Assembly (NCBI GenBank): GCA_963717935.1
Contig: CAVQXP010000004.1
Coordinates: 1,266,240 to 1,330,239 of the forward strand
Source: Candidatus Eiseniibacteriota bacterium
GTDB taxonomy: Bacteria > Eisenbacteria > RBG-16-71-46
Direction of reading: 5' to 3'
DNA length: 64,000 bases
Shown: positions 1-11,745 of the stretch, piece after piece
How the letters are laid out: every line of letters starts with the position of its first letter
How positions within the stretch are numbered: the first letter of the stretch is position 1
The notes under the pieces: model-generated
Told to the model about the DNA's origin: nothing
Seen by the model: only the letters and a program-made list of their open reading frames with translations
Database searches by the model: none
Program-made: the position numbers and the translations under genes

Positions 1-406
1 CGCGCTCGGGAGGCACGTCCGCCGACACGCCGGTGATCGAGCTGCCCGCGAGGTCGAAACGCTCGTAGTTGGGGACCACGCAGAAGACCAGCGGGACGCG
101 GGGCAGGTGATTGCGGGCGAAGAGGGCAGCCTTGAGCCCTACCGCCACGACCACGGCGGGACGCGTGGCCCGGATGCGGCTCAGCAGGCCGCCCGGGTCC
201 GACTCGTCCAGCAGGAAGGCGCTCACCGGGTCCGGGTAAGCGGACGAGAAGGCCGCTGCCGCCTGCTCATAGGGCGCCAGCGTTCCGCTCTTGATGAGCG
301 CGACCGTCGCGGCGAAGCCGGTGGCGGGCGCGCCGAGGCCCAGCGCGATGACCAGCGCCAGGACGGGACCCGCGCGGGGCGGATGCGCCGCGGGACAGCC
401 CCTCAT
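1..406 (-). CDS. ABC-type substrate-binding-like periplasmic protein (runs off the left edge)
   Basis: Manually translated from ATG at 406, overlapping the upstream stop (ATGA). Signal-like N-terminus, then VALIKSGTLAPYEQAAAAF...VVVAVGLKAA...PLVFCVVPN...ITGVS, typical of the ABC_sub_bind family. Confidence 0.7.
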   Translation of the reverse strand, partial: MRGCPAAHPPRAGPVLALVIALGLGAPATGFAATVALIKSGTLAPYEQAAAAFSSAYPDPVSAFLLDESDPGGLLSRIRATRPAVVVAVGLKAALFARNHLPRVPLVFCVVPNYERFDLAGSSITGVSADVPPER

Positions 407-2403
407 CTGAGCTCGAACGGGAGGCAGGAAAGGGTGACGAAGAAGGCCCGCGAGTCCTGCACGATCTGGTCCTGCACGTGCTCCGTGGAGCCCGGGTCGC
501 CGTAGCGCGCGTCGAAGAGGTTGCGGACCTCGAACCCCGCCGTGAGCCCGGCGACCAGGCGCCGGCTCACTCGCGCGTCGCAGACCATGGCCGCGGCCGT
601 GCGCTGGCCCGCGAGCGTCAGGCGCGACGACAGGTAGCGCGCGCCCGCGCCCACCGTCGTCCGCTCGCCGGGCAGGACGTGATAGGCCAGCACGTGCGCG
701 TTCCAGCGCGGAGAGTTCGTGAGCTCCGCCCCGGTGTCGCCGTCCTTGCTGTGCTGCCACGCCAGCGCCACGCGCGCGTGCGTGGTGGCGTCGGGCGTGA
801 AGCGCAGTCCGCCCTCGAGGCCCTGTGCGCGCGCCCGGGCGCGATTCTCGTAGTGCGTGTTCCCCAGCTCGTCCACCTCGGCCAGATCGATGAGGTCGCG
901 CACCTGGCTGTCGTAGGCGGTGAGCGAGGCCGTGAAGGGGCCCGCCCCGCGCTCGAGCGTGCACTCGACCGTCGTCACGCGCTCCGGACTCAACCGCGTG
1001 GCCTCCGGCGAGGGGGCCTCCGTCAGCGTCTGGTTCTCGAACGGCGACGGGGCGCGGAAGGCCGAGCCGCCGAGGAGCTTCAGACGCGTGCCCGGGCGGA
1101 GCGTCCAGACCAGGTCGGCCCGGGGACTGACGACCGCGTCGTAGCGCGAGTCGTGGTCGATCCGGGCGCCCGCCGTGACGATCAGCCGCCGGCCGAGACG
1201 GAACTCGTCCTGCACGTAGGCTCCGACGAGGCTCCCGGTGACGTTGGTGCTGTAGAAGCTGGCGTAGGGATCGACATAGTAGCTCTCGAGGCTCCCGCGC
1301 AGCGCCCGCTGGGCCTCCAGCCCGAGCGTGAGCGCCTGCCGCGCGGTGACCCCCCAGTTGGCGCGGCATTCCGCGCCGAGCACGTCGCTGTCGCCGCGAT
1401 CCTCGTTCACGACCCTGGCGGGGTCCGGGTCCAGGACGTAGATGTACTGGCCGTGGTAGCGCGATCCGTCCCAGTAGGTGCGGCCGGTGAGCTCGAGGCT
1501 GTGGCTCACCCGCCGGTTGGCCGAGAGCTCGACGTAGTCGTGTCCGTCCCAGGTGCGGTTCTGATCGTCGCCGAAGCTCGTGCCGTAGGAGGCGGTGGGG
1601 ATGGTCTTCTCGCGGTCGTTCAGCTTGACCGCGAGCTTCGCGGGCCCCCATGCGGCCGTGCCGAAGAAGGACAGGGCGCGTTCGCCATCCAGCCGGACGG
1701 CCCGCCCGGAGCAGGTCAGCGGGTCATCGAACTCGGCGAAGTAGAGGTCCGGGCCGCGGGTCTGGAGCCACGAGACGCCGGCCTGCCACTCGGGCCAGCC
1801 AGGGTGGGCCGTGGCGACCGAAGCGCGGCCGCGCCACTCGCCGGCGCCGCCGGCCCGCAGGTCGAGGCTCGCACCCGGTTCGCTGCGCGGGCGGCGGGTC
1901 ACGACGTTCACGACCGCCAGCGCGGCGTAACTGCCGTAGAGGGCGGAGCCCGGGCCCCGGACGACCTCGATGCGTTCCACCTCCTCGAGGTCGAGTCCCA
2001 GCTCCGGGCCGAAGAGCGCGTCGCCGAACACGCTTCCGTTCATCGTGTGTCCGTCGAGCGTGAGCAGGATCTTGTTGTTGTAGTCGCCGGGGCGCTGCAG
2101 TCCGCGCACGCCCACGTAGGTGTAGTTACGGTCATAGGTGACGAACACGCCACCCACCCAGCGCAGGGCGTCTCCGAGGGTCTGGTAACCCATGGCGTGG
2201 ATCTCGGCGGCGGAGATGACCGTGACCGAGGATGGGGTCTCCGAGAGCGGCAGGGGACGCTTGCTGACTCCCGTGACGATCTGCTCCTGCATGAGGGAGA
2301 AGGCGTCGTCGGCCGCTTCTAGGGCCCGGGCGGAGTCTCGGGGCGCCGCCGAGAGGAACACGCCGGTGAGGAGCGCGCCGATGAGGGCTCGTCTGCAGGA
2401 CAT
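403..2403 (-). CDS. TonB-dependent outer-membrane receptor
   Basis: Signal peptide MSCRRALIGALL; plug motifs (ETPSSVTVIS, ERIEVVRGPGSALYG); C-terminal NLFDARY. Start placed at the ATG after GGAGG. Confidence 0.9.
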   Translation of the reverse strand: MSCRRALIGALLTGVFLSAAPRDSARALEAADDAFSLMQEQIVTGVSKRPLPLSETPSSVTVISAAEIHAMGYQTLGDALRWVGGVFVTYDRNYTYVGVRGLQRPGDYNNKILLTLDGHTMNGSVFGDALFGPELGLDLEEVERIEVVRGPGSALYGSYAALAVVNVVTRRPRSEPGASLDLRAGGAGEWRGRASVATAHPGWPEWQAGVSWLQTRGPDLYFAEFDDPLTCSGRAVRLDGERALSFFGTAAWGPAKLAVKLNDREKTIPTASYGTSFGDDQNRTWDGHDYVELSANRRVSHSLELTGRTYWDGSRYHGQYIYVLDPDPARVVNEDRGDSDVLGAECRANWGVTARQALTLGLEAQRALRGSLESYYVDPYASFYSTNVTGSLVGAYVQDEFRLGRRLIVTAGARIDHDSRYDAVVSPRADLVWTLRPGTRLKLLGGSAFRAPSPFENQTLTEAPSPEATRLSPERVTTVECTLERGAGPFTASLTAYDSQVRDLIDLAEVDELGNTHYENRARARAQGLEGGLRFTPDATTHARVALAWQHSKDGDTGAELTNSPRWNAHVLAYHVLPGERTTVGAGARYLSSRLTLAGQRTAAAMVCDARVSRRLVAGLTAGFEVRNLFDARYGDPGSTEHVQDQIVQDSRAFFVTLSCLPFELR

Positions 2404-2831
2404 GATTTGACCTCCGTGTCCGGTCGTCGAGGCGGCTACTCTCCGACGCTGGAAGATGCTTCCTGATGGGCTGGAGAGTTTTCGGCATTTCTGACACGAA
2501 GCGTGAGCGCTGAATCCGGGCTCCGTCTCGCCGTCGTCGTTCGTTGCGGGCGGACCGCCGCGGAGCGGCCTCGCCGGGGCGATCGAGAGGTCCGGTCGCC
2601 ACGGGCTGCCACGTCTCCGGCTGGACGTTTCTGGGCGAAATGCCCCGGGGACGGGGTTCCGCCAGGGCGGACTCCGCGGCATCTCTCGACCCGTCGAGCC
2701 GGGGCTGGACGTCGCCATCGCGCTCCGGCGGATGGTGGTGGAGGGCCGGACCGCGAGCCTGGCGCCGAGGACCACGCACCGGGGACCCGGCACTGGCCGT
2801 CCCCCTCCCTGCGGTCTAGACTGCCGGGGTC

Positions 2832-4235
<1,404 letters not shown>

Positions 4236-4293
4236 GCGGTGGAGCGGGCCGCGCGTCCGCCGGGGGCGCCCCCGATTCGCTGTCGGGATTTGA

Positions 4294-4322
4294 TTGACCC
4301 CCGCGCGGCGCGCCCGTAATCT
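4294..4322 (+). promoter_or_regulatory. Candidate sigma70 promoter of smc
   Basis: TTGACC-17 nt-TAATCT upstream of smc. Confidence 0.5.
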
Positions 4323-4466
4323 CCGTTGCTGCGGGCCACCGGCTCTGCCCGGCGCCCCCTGAGACAGCGCTCACGCAGCCTGCTTCCCACCGAAGTCTCG
4401 GACACGATCGCACTCGGATACACCCCGGCCGCCTTCCGGCTGGCGCCGAGCGAGAGGGGAACAAGG

Positions 4467-7400
4467 ATGTTTCTGCACCGGCTCGAACTCCAGGGTTTCA
4501 AGTCATTCGTCGACAAGACCGAGCTGCTGTTCGGCGAGGGCATGACCGGCGTCATCGGGCCCAACGGCTGCGGCAAGACCAACGTCTCCGACGCCATCCG
4601 CTGGGTGATGGGCGAGCAGAGCGCCAAGCAGCTGCGCGGCGACTCGATGGAGGACGTGATCTTCAACGGCTGCCCCACCCGCAAGCCGTTCGGCATGGCC
4701 GAGGTCCACCTCACCTTCAAGAACGACCGGGGCATCCTCCCGACCGAGTTCTCCGAGGTCACGGTCTCGCGGCGCGTGTTCCGCTCGGGCGTGAGCGAGT
4801 ACTCCCTCAACCAGACCCCGTGCCGGCTCAAGGACATCCGCGACCTCTTCTTCGACACGGGCATGGGCAGCCACGCCTACTCGGTGATCGAGCGCGCCAT
4901 GGTGGACCACGTGCTCTCGGACAACTCGGGGCACCGCCGCTTCCTGTTCGAGGAGGCCTCCGGCATCACCAAGTACAAGGCGCGCAAGAAGGAGGCGCTC
5001 AACAAGCTCGACGCCACCGAGACCGACCTGGTCCGGCTCAACGACATCGTCTTCGAGCTGGAGCGCGAGCTGCGCTCGCTCGCCCGCCAGGTGGGGAAGG
5101 CCCGCCGCTACCAGCGCTGGCGCGACGAGATCCGCGATCTGGACCTGGTGCTCACCGCCAGCCACGTCGAGGCCCTGAAGCACAAGGAGGCCGAGGCGAA
5201 GGAGCAGTGGGAAGAGGAGTCCGTGAGGCGCGTGGGCGTCACCGCCGCGCTCGACGGGCTCGAGGCCACGCTCAACGACCGCAAGCTCGCCCTGCTCGAA
5301 CTGGAGCGCGAACTGTCGACCGCGCAGGGGGGACTGCGCGACCGCGAGGAGGCGCGCACCCAGGCCGAGCACCAGGTGGTGCTGCTGCGCGAGCGCGCGG
5401 CGGGCCTGCTGCGCCGGGCCGACGAGGCGGTGGCCGAGGCGCGCGGCCTGCGCGAGCGGCTCGCCGAGGTGGCGGCCCGCGAGACCGAGGCCGGCGCGCG
5501 GCTGGCGGTGCTGCGCACCGAGCGCGAGGCGGCCCAGGCCGAGGTCGAGTCGCTCGGTCAGGCGCTGGGGGCGATCGAGACCGAACTACGCGCGCGCCGC
5601 GAGGTGGCAAGCCAGCGCAAGCAGCTGTCGCTCGACCTGTTCTCGACCGAGGCCGACAAGCGCGGCACCCTCGAGAACCTGCGGGCGCGGCGCCTGTCGC
5701 TCACCGAGCGGCGGGACGCGGCGGCGGTGCGGCGCGACGAGCTCGAGGCGCGGGTGGCCGAGTTGGTCCGGATCGCGGCCGACCGGAGCGCCACGCGCAC
5801 CGGGCTCGAGACCGCGCTCGAGGCGGCGCGTGTGGCGCTGGCCACCGTGGACGAGCAGATCCGCGCGTTCGCGATCAGCCTCGAGGAGACCGGCACCCTG
5901 CTTGCGGGCCTGCGGCAGCGGTCCGCCGCGGCCGAGTCGCGGCTCGAGACCCTGCTGGACCTGAAGCGCAACTTCGACGGCGTCTCGGAGGGCGTGAAGG
6001 CCCTGCTGGCCGGGGACCATCGCGCCCCTGGCACGCTGGGCATGGTCTCCGACGTGCTCGAGGTGCCGGCGCGCTACCTCGACGCGCTCGAGGCCTCGCT
6101 GGGCGAGGCGGCTGCGTTCGTGCTGGTGGCGGACCGCGCGGCGCTCGACGCGGCGCTCGAGCACCTGCGCGGGCTGGAGAGCGGGCGGGCCACGCTGGTG
6201 GACCTGGCGGGCCTCACCACGGGGACGCTGCACGAGGTGCCGCAGGGCGCAGGCCTGGTGGGCCGCGCCTCGGACCTGGTGCGCTGCGAGGAGCGCTACC
6301 GCATCCTGGTCGAGCGCCTGCTCGGCACGGTCGTGGTGGTCGAGGACCGCGCGACCGCCGCGCGGCTGGCCGCCCACTCCGAGGCGGGACTGCGCTTCGT
6401 GAGCCTGGACGGCGAGGTCTGGGAGCGCGGGCGCGTGCGCGCCGGCTCGGCGCGGAACCTGAGCGGGCTGCTGCACCGCGAGAACGAGATCCGCGAGCTG
6501 ACGGGCGAGCTGGCCGAGCGCCGGCTCGCGATCGAGGCGCTGGAGCGCGAGCGCGAGGGCCTGGAGGCGGGGCGCCAGGAGGCGCTGGCGCTGCGCGAGG
6601 GCGCGGCCGCCGGACTCGAGCAGGCCCGCATGGCGATCGAGGCGCTGGAGCGCGAGCTCGAGGCCGGCGCGCGGGAGAGCCGCTGGGCCGATGGCGAGGC
6701 CGGCGCGCGCCGCCGCGAGATCGAGCTGTACGAGGCCGAGCGGGAGACGCTCGAGCGGGCCCTGGCCGAGGCCGAGGCCGACCTGGCCGACTACCAGCAG
6801 CAGGTCGAGAGCGCCCGCGCGCAACTCGCCGACCTGGACGGCGCGCTGCGCGGGCTCGAGGGCCGGCGTGACGAGGCGGCGGCCGCTGCCCGCGCCGCCG
6901 GCGAGCAGTTGCTGCAGATGGCCCGCGACCAGGGCGAGTGGGAGAGCCAGTGGGCGCGCGCCGAGCAGACGCGCCGCGAGCTGGAGGCCGGCATCGAGGC
7001 GCGCGATCGCGAGGACCACGAAGCGCGCTCGAAGGTGGCCGAGATCGAGGCCGAGGTCTCCGGGCTGTCGGCCGGGCTCACCGGACTGCTCGAATCCGAG
7101 TCCACGCAGCGCGAGCGCGTGGTCGAACTGCAGAAGCGCTTCCTGGCCCGCAAGCAGGAGGTGCAGGGCGGGGAGGAGGAGGCGCGCCAGTTGCGTTTCC
7201 AGCAGACCGAGCTGAGCGAGCTGATGCACCAGATCGAGCTGGACCGCGTGCAGACCCACTCCGAGCTGGAGCGCACGTTCGAGCGTCTGCACACCGAGTA
7301 CGAGCTGGATGTGGCCAACTGGGAGCCGGCGCCGCCCGCCGAGGGCTTCGACGCCGACGAGGCCCGCAAGCGGCTCGAGGAGATGCGCACGCGCTACCGC

Positions 7401-8054
7401 GCGCTCGGCCCGGTCAACCTGCTGGCGGTGGACGAGTACGCGAAGAAGAAGGAGCGCTGGCAGTTCCTCACCCGGCAGCGCACCGACCTCACCAGCGCCA
7501 AGGCGCAATTGCTCGAAGCCATCGAGAAGATCAACGTCACGGCGAGCGAGATGTTCCGCGAGACGTTCGCGAAGGTGCAGGTCCACTTCCGTGACGTCTT
7601 CAGCACGCTGTTCGAGGGCGGCGACTCGGAGCTGCGCATGGTGGGTGACGATCCGCTCGAATGCGAGATCGAGATCGTCGCCAAGCCTCGCGGCAAGCAC
7701 CTGCAGAGCATCAGCCTGATGTCCGGGGGCGAGCGGGCGCTCACCGCCATCGCCCTGTTGTTCGCCCTGTACCTGGTGAAGCCCTCGCCCTTCTGTCTGC
7801 TGGACGAGGTGGACGCGCCGCTCGACGATGCCAACGTGGACCGCTTCATCCGCATGCTCAAGCGCTTCAGCGACAAGACGCAGTTCGTGGTCATCACCCA
7901 CAACAAGCGGACCATGGAGGCCTCACGCTGCCTCTACGGCGTGACCATGGAGGAGCTGGGCGTGTCGAAGCTCGTTTCCGTGCGCTTCGACGGCCAGCCC
8001 AGGAGCGGGGAGCTGAACAGCCACGAGCTGGCGGGCGCGGCTGCCGGCCGGTGA
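4467..8054 (+). CDS. smc: Chromosome segregation protein SMC
   Basis: LQGFKSF, Walker A GPNGCGKTN, coiled coils with hinge, MSGGE signature, LLDEVDAPLD. Confidence 0.97.
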   Translation: MFLHRLELQGFKSFVDKTELLFGEGMTGVIGPNGCGKTNVSDAIRWVMGEQSAKQLRGDSMEDVIFNGCPTRKPFGMAEVHLTFKNDRGILPTEFSEVTVSRRVFRSGVSEYSLNQTPCRLKDIRDLFFDTGMGSHAYSVIERAMVDHVLSDNSGHRRFLFEEASGITKYKARKKEALNKLDATETDLVRLNDIVFELERELRSLARQVGKARRYQRWRDEIRDLDLVLTASHVEALKHKEAEAKEQWEEESVRRVGVTAALDGLEATLNDRKLALLELERELSTAQGGLRDREEARTQAEHQVVLLRERAAGLLRRADEAVAEARGLRERLAEVAARETEAGARLAVLRTEREAAQAEVESLGQALGAIETELRARREVASQRKQLSLDLFSTEADKRGTLENLRARRLSLTERRDAAAVRRDELEARVAELVRIAADRSATRTGLETALEAARVALATVDEQIRAFAISLEETGTLLAGLRQRSAAAESRLETLLDLKRNFDGVSEGVKALLAGDHRAPGTLGMVSDVLEVPARYLDALEASLGEAAAFVLVADRAALDAALEHLRGLESGRATLVDLAGLTTGTLHEVPQGAGLVGRASDLVRCEERYRILVERLLGTVVVVEDRATAARLAAHSEAGLRFVSLDGEVWERGRVRAGSARNLSGLLHRENEIRELTGELAERRLAIEALEREREGLEAGRQEALALREGAAAGLEQARMAIEALERELEAGARESRWADGEAGARRREIELYEAERETLERALAEAEADLADYQQQVESARAQLADLDGALRGLEGRRDEAAAAARAAGEQLLQMARDQGEWESQWARAEQTRRELEAGIEARDREDHEARSKVAEIEAEVSGLSAGLTGLLESESTQRERVVELQKRFLARKQEVQGGEEEARQLRFQQTELSELMHQIELDRVQTHSELERTFERLHTEYELDVANWEPAPPAEGFDADEARKRLEEMRTRYRALGPVNLLAVDEYAKKKERWQFLTRQRTDLTSAKAQLLEAIEKINVTASEMFRETFAKVQVHFRDVFSTLFEGGDSELRMVGDDPLECEIEIVAKPRGKHLQSISLMSGGERALTAIALLFALYLVKPSPFCLLDEVDAPLDDANVDRFIRMLKRFSDKTQFVVITHNKRTMEASRCLYGVTMEELGVSKLVSVRFDGQPRSGELNSHELAGAAAGR

Positions 8055-8091
8055 GGGTGCGCACGGAGTCCGACGTCCGGTTCCGCACCCC

Positions 8092-9009
8092 GTGAGCCTG
8101 TTCTCCAGCTTCCGCGCCGGGCTCGCGCGGACACGCGAGCGCCTGGTCGAGCAGGTCGGCGGGCTGCTCCAGCGTCGTGGCGCCGTGGACGCGGCCACCC
8201 TGGAGAGCCTCGAGGAGGCGCTGCTCGCGGCCGATGTCGGCCCGGCCACCACCGAGCGGCTGCTCGAGCGGGCCCAGGAGCTGCTTCAGCGCTCGCCCGA
8301 ACTCGAGTTGCACGGCGCCCTCGAGCAGGCCGCCGCCGCGCTGCTCGGGGTCGGTTCCGGCTTGGCCCCGGGCGCGCGCTTCGAGCCCGCGGGCCAGAAG
8401 CCCTGGGTGGCGCTGCTCGTCGGCGTGAACGGGGTGGGCAAGACCACGCTCGCGGGCAAGCTCGCGGCGCGCTTCGCGCGCGAGCCGCGCAGGACGCTGC
8501 TCGTGGCGGCCGACACGTTCCGGGCCGCGGCCACCGAGCAGCTCGAGATCTGGGCGGAGCGGGCGGGTGTGGAGCTGATGCGGGCCCGCTCCGGTTCGGA
8601 CCCGGCGGCGGTGGTGCACGACGCCCTCAGCGCGGCCCTCGCGCGTGGCACCGAGGTGGTGCTGGTGGACACGGCGGGGCGGCTGCACACGAAGCACAAC
8701 CTGATGGGTGAGCTGGAGAAGATCGGGCGCGTCTGCGGGCGCGTCGTCCCCGGCGCACCGCACCATGTCCTGCTGGTGCTCGACGCCACGCTGGGCCAGA
8801 ACGGCCTGCAGCAGGCCCGCGAGTTCCAGCGGGCGCTGCCGATCACCAGTCTGGCGCTCACGAAACTGGACGGGACCGCGCGGGGTGGCGCGGTGCTCTC
8901 CATCGCGGAGGCGCTCGGCCTGCCCATCAGCGTGGTCGGGATCGGCGAAGGGTTGGACGACTGGGAGCCGTTCGACGCCGAGGCCTTCGCCCGGGGGCTG
9001 TTCGAGTAG
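8092..9009 (+). CDS. ftsY: SRP receptor FtsY
   Basis: GVNGVGKTT, DTFRAAA, DTAGRLH, TKLDGTARGG; smc-ftsY synteny. Confidence 0.95.
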   Translation: MSLFSSFRAGLARTRERLVEQVGGLLQRRGAVDAATLESLEEALLAADVGPATTERLLERAQELLQRSPELELHGALEQAAAALLGVGSGLAPGARFEPAGQKPWVALLVGVNGVGKTTLAGKLAARFAREPRRTLLVAADTFRAAATEQLEIWAERAGVELMRARSGSDPAAVVHDALSAALARGTEVVLVDTAGRLHTKHNLMGELEKIGRVCGRVVPGAPHHVLLVLDATLGQNGLQQAREFQRALPITSLALTKLDGTARGGAVLSIAEALGLPISVVGIGEGLDDWEPFDAEAFARGLFE

Positions 9010-9132
9010 CGTCGCGGCTTCTTCCCCCGCTCAGCGGACGCGGGCGCCACGGGACTCGATGGCCGCGCTCCTCACGCTGGCCCCACTGCCCGGCCCCGCG
9101 CACCGGGGCGCAGGACCGGGCCGGGACGACTC

Positions 9133-10041
9133 TCAGGAGGTGCGAGGCTGGGGCTTCGCCGCGGGGGCCTTCGGCTTGCGCGCCGGAGCGGCGCGCTGCT
9201 CGGCCAGGGAGCGGCGGAACTCCACGGGCACGAGCCTCGGCTCCAGACCCTCGGTCCCGTACGCCTCGAGCTCCAGCACCCCTTTCGAGCGGTCCATGAT
9301 CCTCATGGGGCCCGACTCCTGGGAGCGGCCGGTGAGCCAGGCGCGGCGTGAGATCGAATAGTCGATTTCCTCGCGCGCGCGGCCCGTGACCGGTATCTGC
9401 GGCGTCAGGTAGGTCACGCGCACGTCGCGAACCTCGGTGTACTGGGAGCTGTCGGCGCTCTGGGCGGTGGAGCTGAGGCCCTGCTCGGTGCGCACCTTGA
9501 TACAGACGAATTCTCCCAGATCGGTCTTCAGTGTGTCCGTGCCCAGCGTATCCACCAGCGTGGTGAGGCCCGGGTTGGGCAGCGTGCGGCTCTTCATCGC
9601 GGCCGCGCCGCGCCGCATGGTCTGCTGGCGGGGCTGGTTGTTCTCGTCGAGTTCCGAGACCCGCTTGCGCTGGTAGAGCAGGACGTGGCGTGCGGCCAGA
9701 GTGTCATCGAAGATGGCGGAGGACATCAGGGTGGCTGCCGTCTCCAGCGGCCCCTGCGGCCGCTGGGTCGAGGTCTCGACCCAGAAGCACTCCTCGCCCC
9801 ACCACTCCTCCTCGCCTGCGATCTGCACGGTCACGGTGTAATCGTCGGTGACACCCATCTCGCTCTTGCCGGTCATGTGGTATCTGACCCACGATCCCAC
9901 CTTGACGACCGACCGGCCGTGGGCGTAGTCCAACGTGCCGATGGCGTCGAGGAGTGCGACCCCCTGCGCGGGCGCGGATCGTGCGGCGAGCACGAAGGAC
10001 AGTATGGCGAGCAGGGCGACCAGAACGCGGGAACGACTCAT
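9133..10041 (-). CDS. Secreted hypothetical protein
   Basis: Signal peptide MSRSRVLVALLAILSFVLAA; host-like codon usage; no family recognised. Confidence 0.7.
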   Translation of the reverse strand: MSRSRVLVALLAILSFVLAARSAPAQGVALLDAIGTLDYAHGRSVVKVGSWVRYHMTGKSEMGVTDDYTVTVQIAGEEEWWGEECFWVETSTQRPQGPLETAATLMSSAIFDDTLAARHVLLYQRKRVSELDENNQPRQQTMRRGAAAMKSRTLPNPGLTTLVDTLGTDTLKTDLGEFVCIKVRTEQGLSSTAQSADSSQYTEVRDVRVTYLTPQIPVTGRAREEIDYSISRRAWLTGRSQESGPMRIMDRSKGVLELEAYGTEGLEPRLVPVEFRRSLAEQRAAPARKPKAPAAKPQPRTS

Positions 10042-10174
10042 GCAAGCGATCTCCGGTGTCGGGTGATCCGGCGCCCGCGGCTCGGCCGGACTTCACCGGG
10101 CTCCCCCCGCAGGCAGGACGACCCCCATTATCCACGACCCGGCCCGGCATCCCAAGCGGGCCTCCCGGAGACCG

Positions 10175-10879
10175 ATGCCCGCGAGCGATCCCGCCCCGCG
10201 CGCCACCCGCGACGGCGGCACGCCTGCGCCGCCCGTACGCAGCCTGCGGCCGCGGGAGAAGTTGCGCGCCCGCGGTCCGTCCGCGCTGGCCGACGCCGAG
10301 TTGCTGGCGCTGGTGCTGGGATCGGGTACGGCCGGGCGCAGCGCGCTGCGCATCGGGCGGCATCTGGCGCGTCGCAGCCCGGACGAGTTGGGCGCCTGGT
10401 CGAGCGCCCGCTGGCTGCTCGTGCCCGGTGTGGGGCCGGCGCACGCGGCGGCGCTCGTGGCTGCCTTCGAGCTGGGACGGAGGGCGGCCGAGGGGGCGCC
10501 CGGCGGCGCCGCCATCCGCGGCCCCGAGGACGTGCTCGCCCAAGTGCGCGACCTGGCGCGGGCGCGCAAGGAGCACTTCGTCGTGCTGCTGCTCAACGCG
10601 CGGCACGAGATGCAGTGCCGCGAGGTGGTCTCGATCGGCAGCCTCAACGCGTCCATCGTACACCCGCGCGAGGTGTTCCAGCCGGCCATCATGCACTCGG
10701 CCGCGGCCGTGGTCCTGGTGCACAACCACCCCAGTGGCGACCCGGAGCCCAGCGAGGAGGACCTGAGCATCACGCGGCGGCTCGTGCAGGTGGGGGAGGT
10801 GGTCGGGATCGCGGTGCTCGACCACGTCATCGTGGCGATGCGCGGGCTCGTGAGCCTGCGCGCCCGGCAGTTGCTGTGA
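10175..10879 (+). CDS. radC: RadC-family JAB domain protein
   Basis: RPREKL...LADAELLALVL, VHPREVF, HNHPSGDPEPSEED, LDHVIV. Confidence 0.93.
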   Translation: MPASDPAPRATRDGGTPAPPVRSLRPREKLRARGPSALADAELLALVLGSGTAGRSALRIGRHLARRSPDELGAWSSARWLLVPGVGPAHAAALVAAFELGRRAAEGAPGGAAIRGPEDVLAQVRDLARARKEHFVVLLLNARHEMQCREVVSIGSLNASIVHPREVFQPAIMHSAAAVVLVHNHPSGDPEPSEEDLSITRRLVQVGEVVGIAVLDHVIVAMRGLVSLRARQLL

Positions 10880-10943
10880 GGCCGGGGGGGGGGCGCCCCG
10901 CAGGGTGCTTGCCGGGCCGCCCGCCGGGGGCCATGCTCCGGCC

Positions 10944-11363
10944 GTGGAGGAAGGTCACAGCACGTTCGACCACACCGGCGACCTCGGCCTCGAGGTCTGG
11001 GCCCCGCGTGCCGCGCGGCTCTACGCGCTGGCTGCCGAGGTCCTGATGGCGCTGGTCGCGGATGCGCGCGGGGCCGCGCCCGAGCTGGAGCGGGTGGTGC
11101 GGATCACGGGGGATGACCCCGCCGATCTGCTGGTGCACTGGCTGAACACGGTGCTGCTGGAGTCCGAGCTGGCGAAGGCCGTGTGGACGCGCGCGGAGGT
11201 GCACGTCCTGACGCCGACCGCGCTCGAGGCGACGCTGCGGGGCTCGCGACTGGATCCCGCGCGCCAGACCTTCCTGCGTGAGATCAAGGCTGTTTCCCAC
11301 CACGCGCTCGTGCTGGAGCTGAACGAGCCGGCCTGCCGCTGCCGGCTCGTGCTCGACCTCTGA
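10944..11363 (+). CDS. Archease
   Basis: FDHTGDLGL N-terminus, EIKAVSHH, C-terminal LDL. Start uncertain (10905-10944). Confidence 0.85.
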   Translation: MEEGHSTFDHTGDLGLEVWAPRAARLYALAAEVLMALVADARGAAPELERVVRITGDDPADLLVHWLNTVLLESELAKAVWTRAEVHVLTPTALEATLRGSRLDPARQTFLREIKAVSHHALVLELNEPACRCRLVLDL

Positions 11364-11478
11364 ACGGCGCTGCTGCCGGTCGCGCTACTGGCCGCTCGTG
11401 ATGACGTCGTCCCAGGATTTCGCGGCAGGTCAGAAGTAGAGCATGCTGCCCTCCGGAGGCCTACCCGGAGGGGGAGCG

Positions 11479-11745
11479 ATGAAGCGGTCGCGGTACACGG
11501 AAGAGCAGGTGGCCTACGCGCTGCGCCAGGCTGAAGCGGGCACCCCGGTGGGGGACGTCTGCCGGCAGCTGGGCATCGCGGAGGCCACGTTCTATGTCTG
11601 GAAGAAGAAGTTCGCAGGCCTGGGGGTCGGTGAGCTGCGTAAGGTGCGGCAGCTCGAGGAGGAGAACGGCCGGCTGAAGCGGGTGGTGGCGGATCTGACG
11701 CTGGACAAGCACATCCTGCAGGAGGCGCTCCGAAAAAAGGCCTGA
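11479..11745 (+). CDS. IS3 transposase OrfA
   Basis: MKRSRYTEEQV...CRQLGIAEATFYVWKKKF HTH plus leucine zipper. Confidence 0.92.
   Translation: MKRSRYTEEQVAYALRQAEAGTPVGDVCRQLGIAEATFYVWKKKFAGLGVGELRKVRQLEEENGRLKRVVADLTLDKHILQEALRKKA

Noticed and set aside
2404-2831. Cobalamin or other riboswitch upstream of the TonB-dependent receptor
   Set aside because: No B12 box or other recognisable riboswitch motif found by eye on the minus strand.
11364-11401. A third, eroded comM 3' end beside archease
   Set aside because: No convincing alignment to either comM 3' copy.
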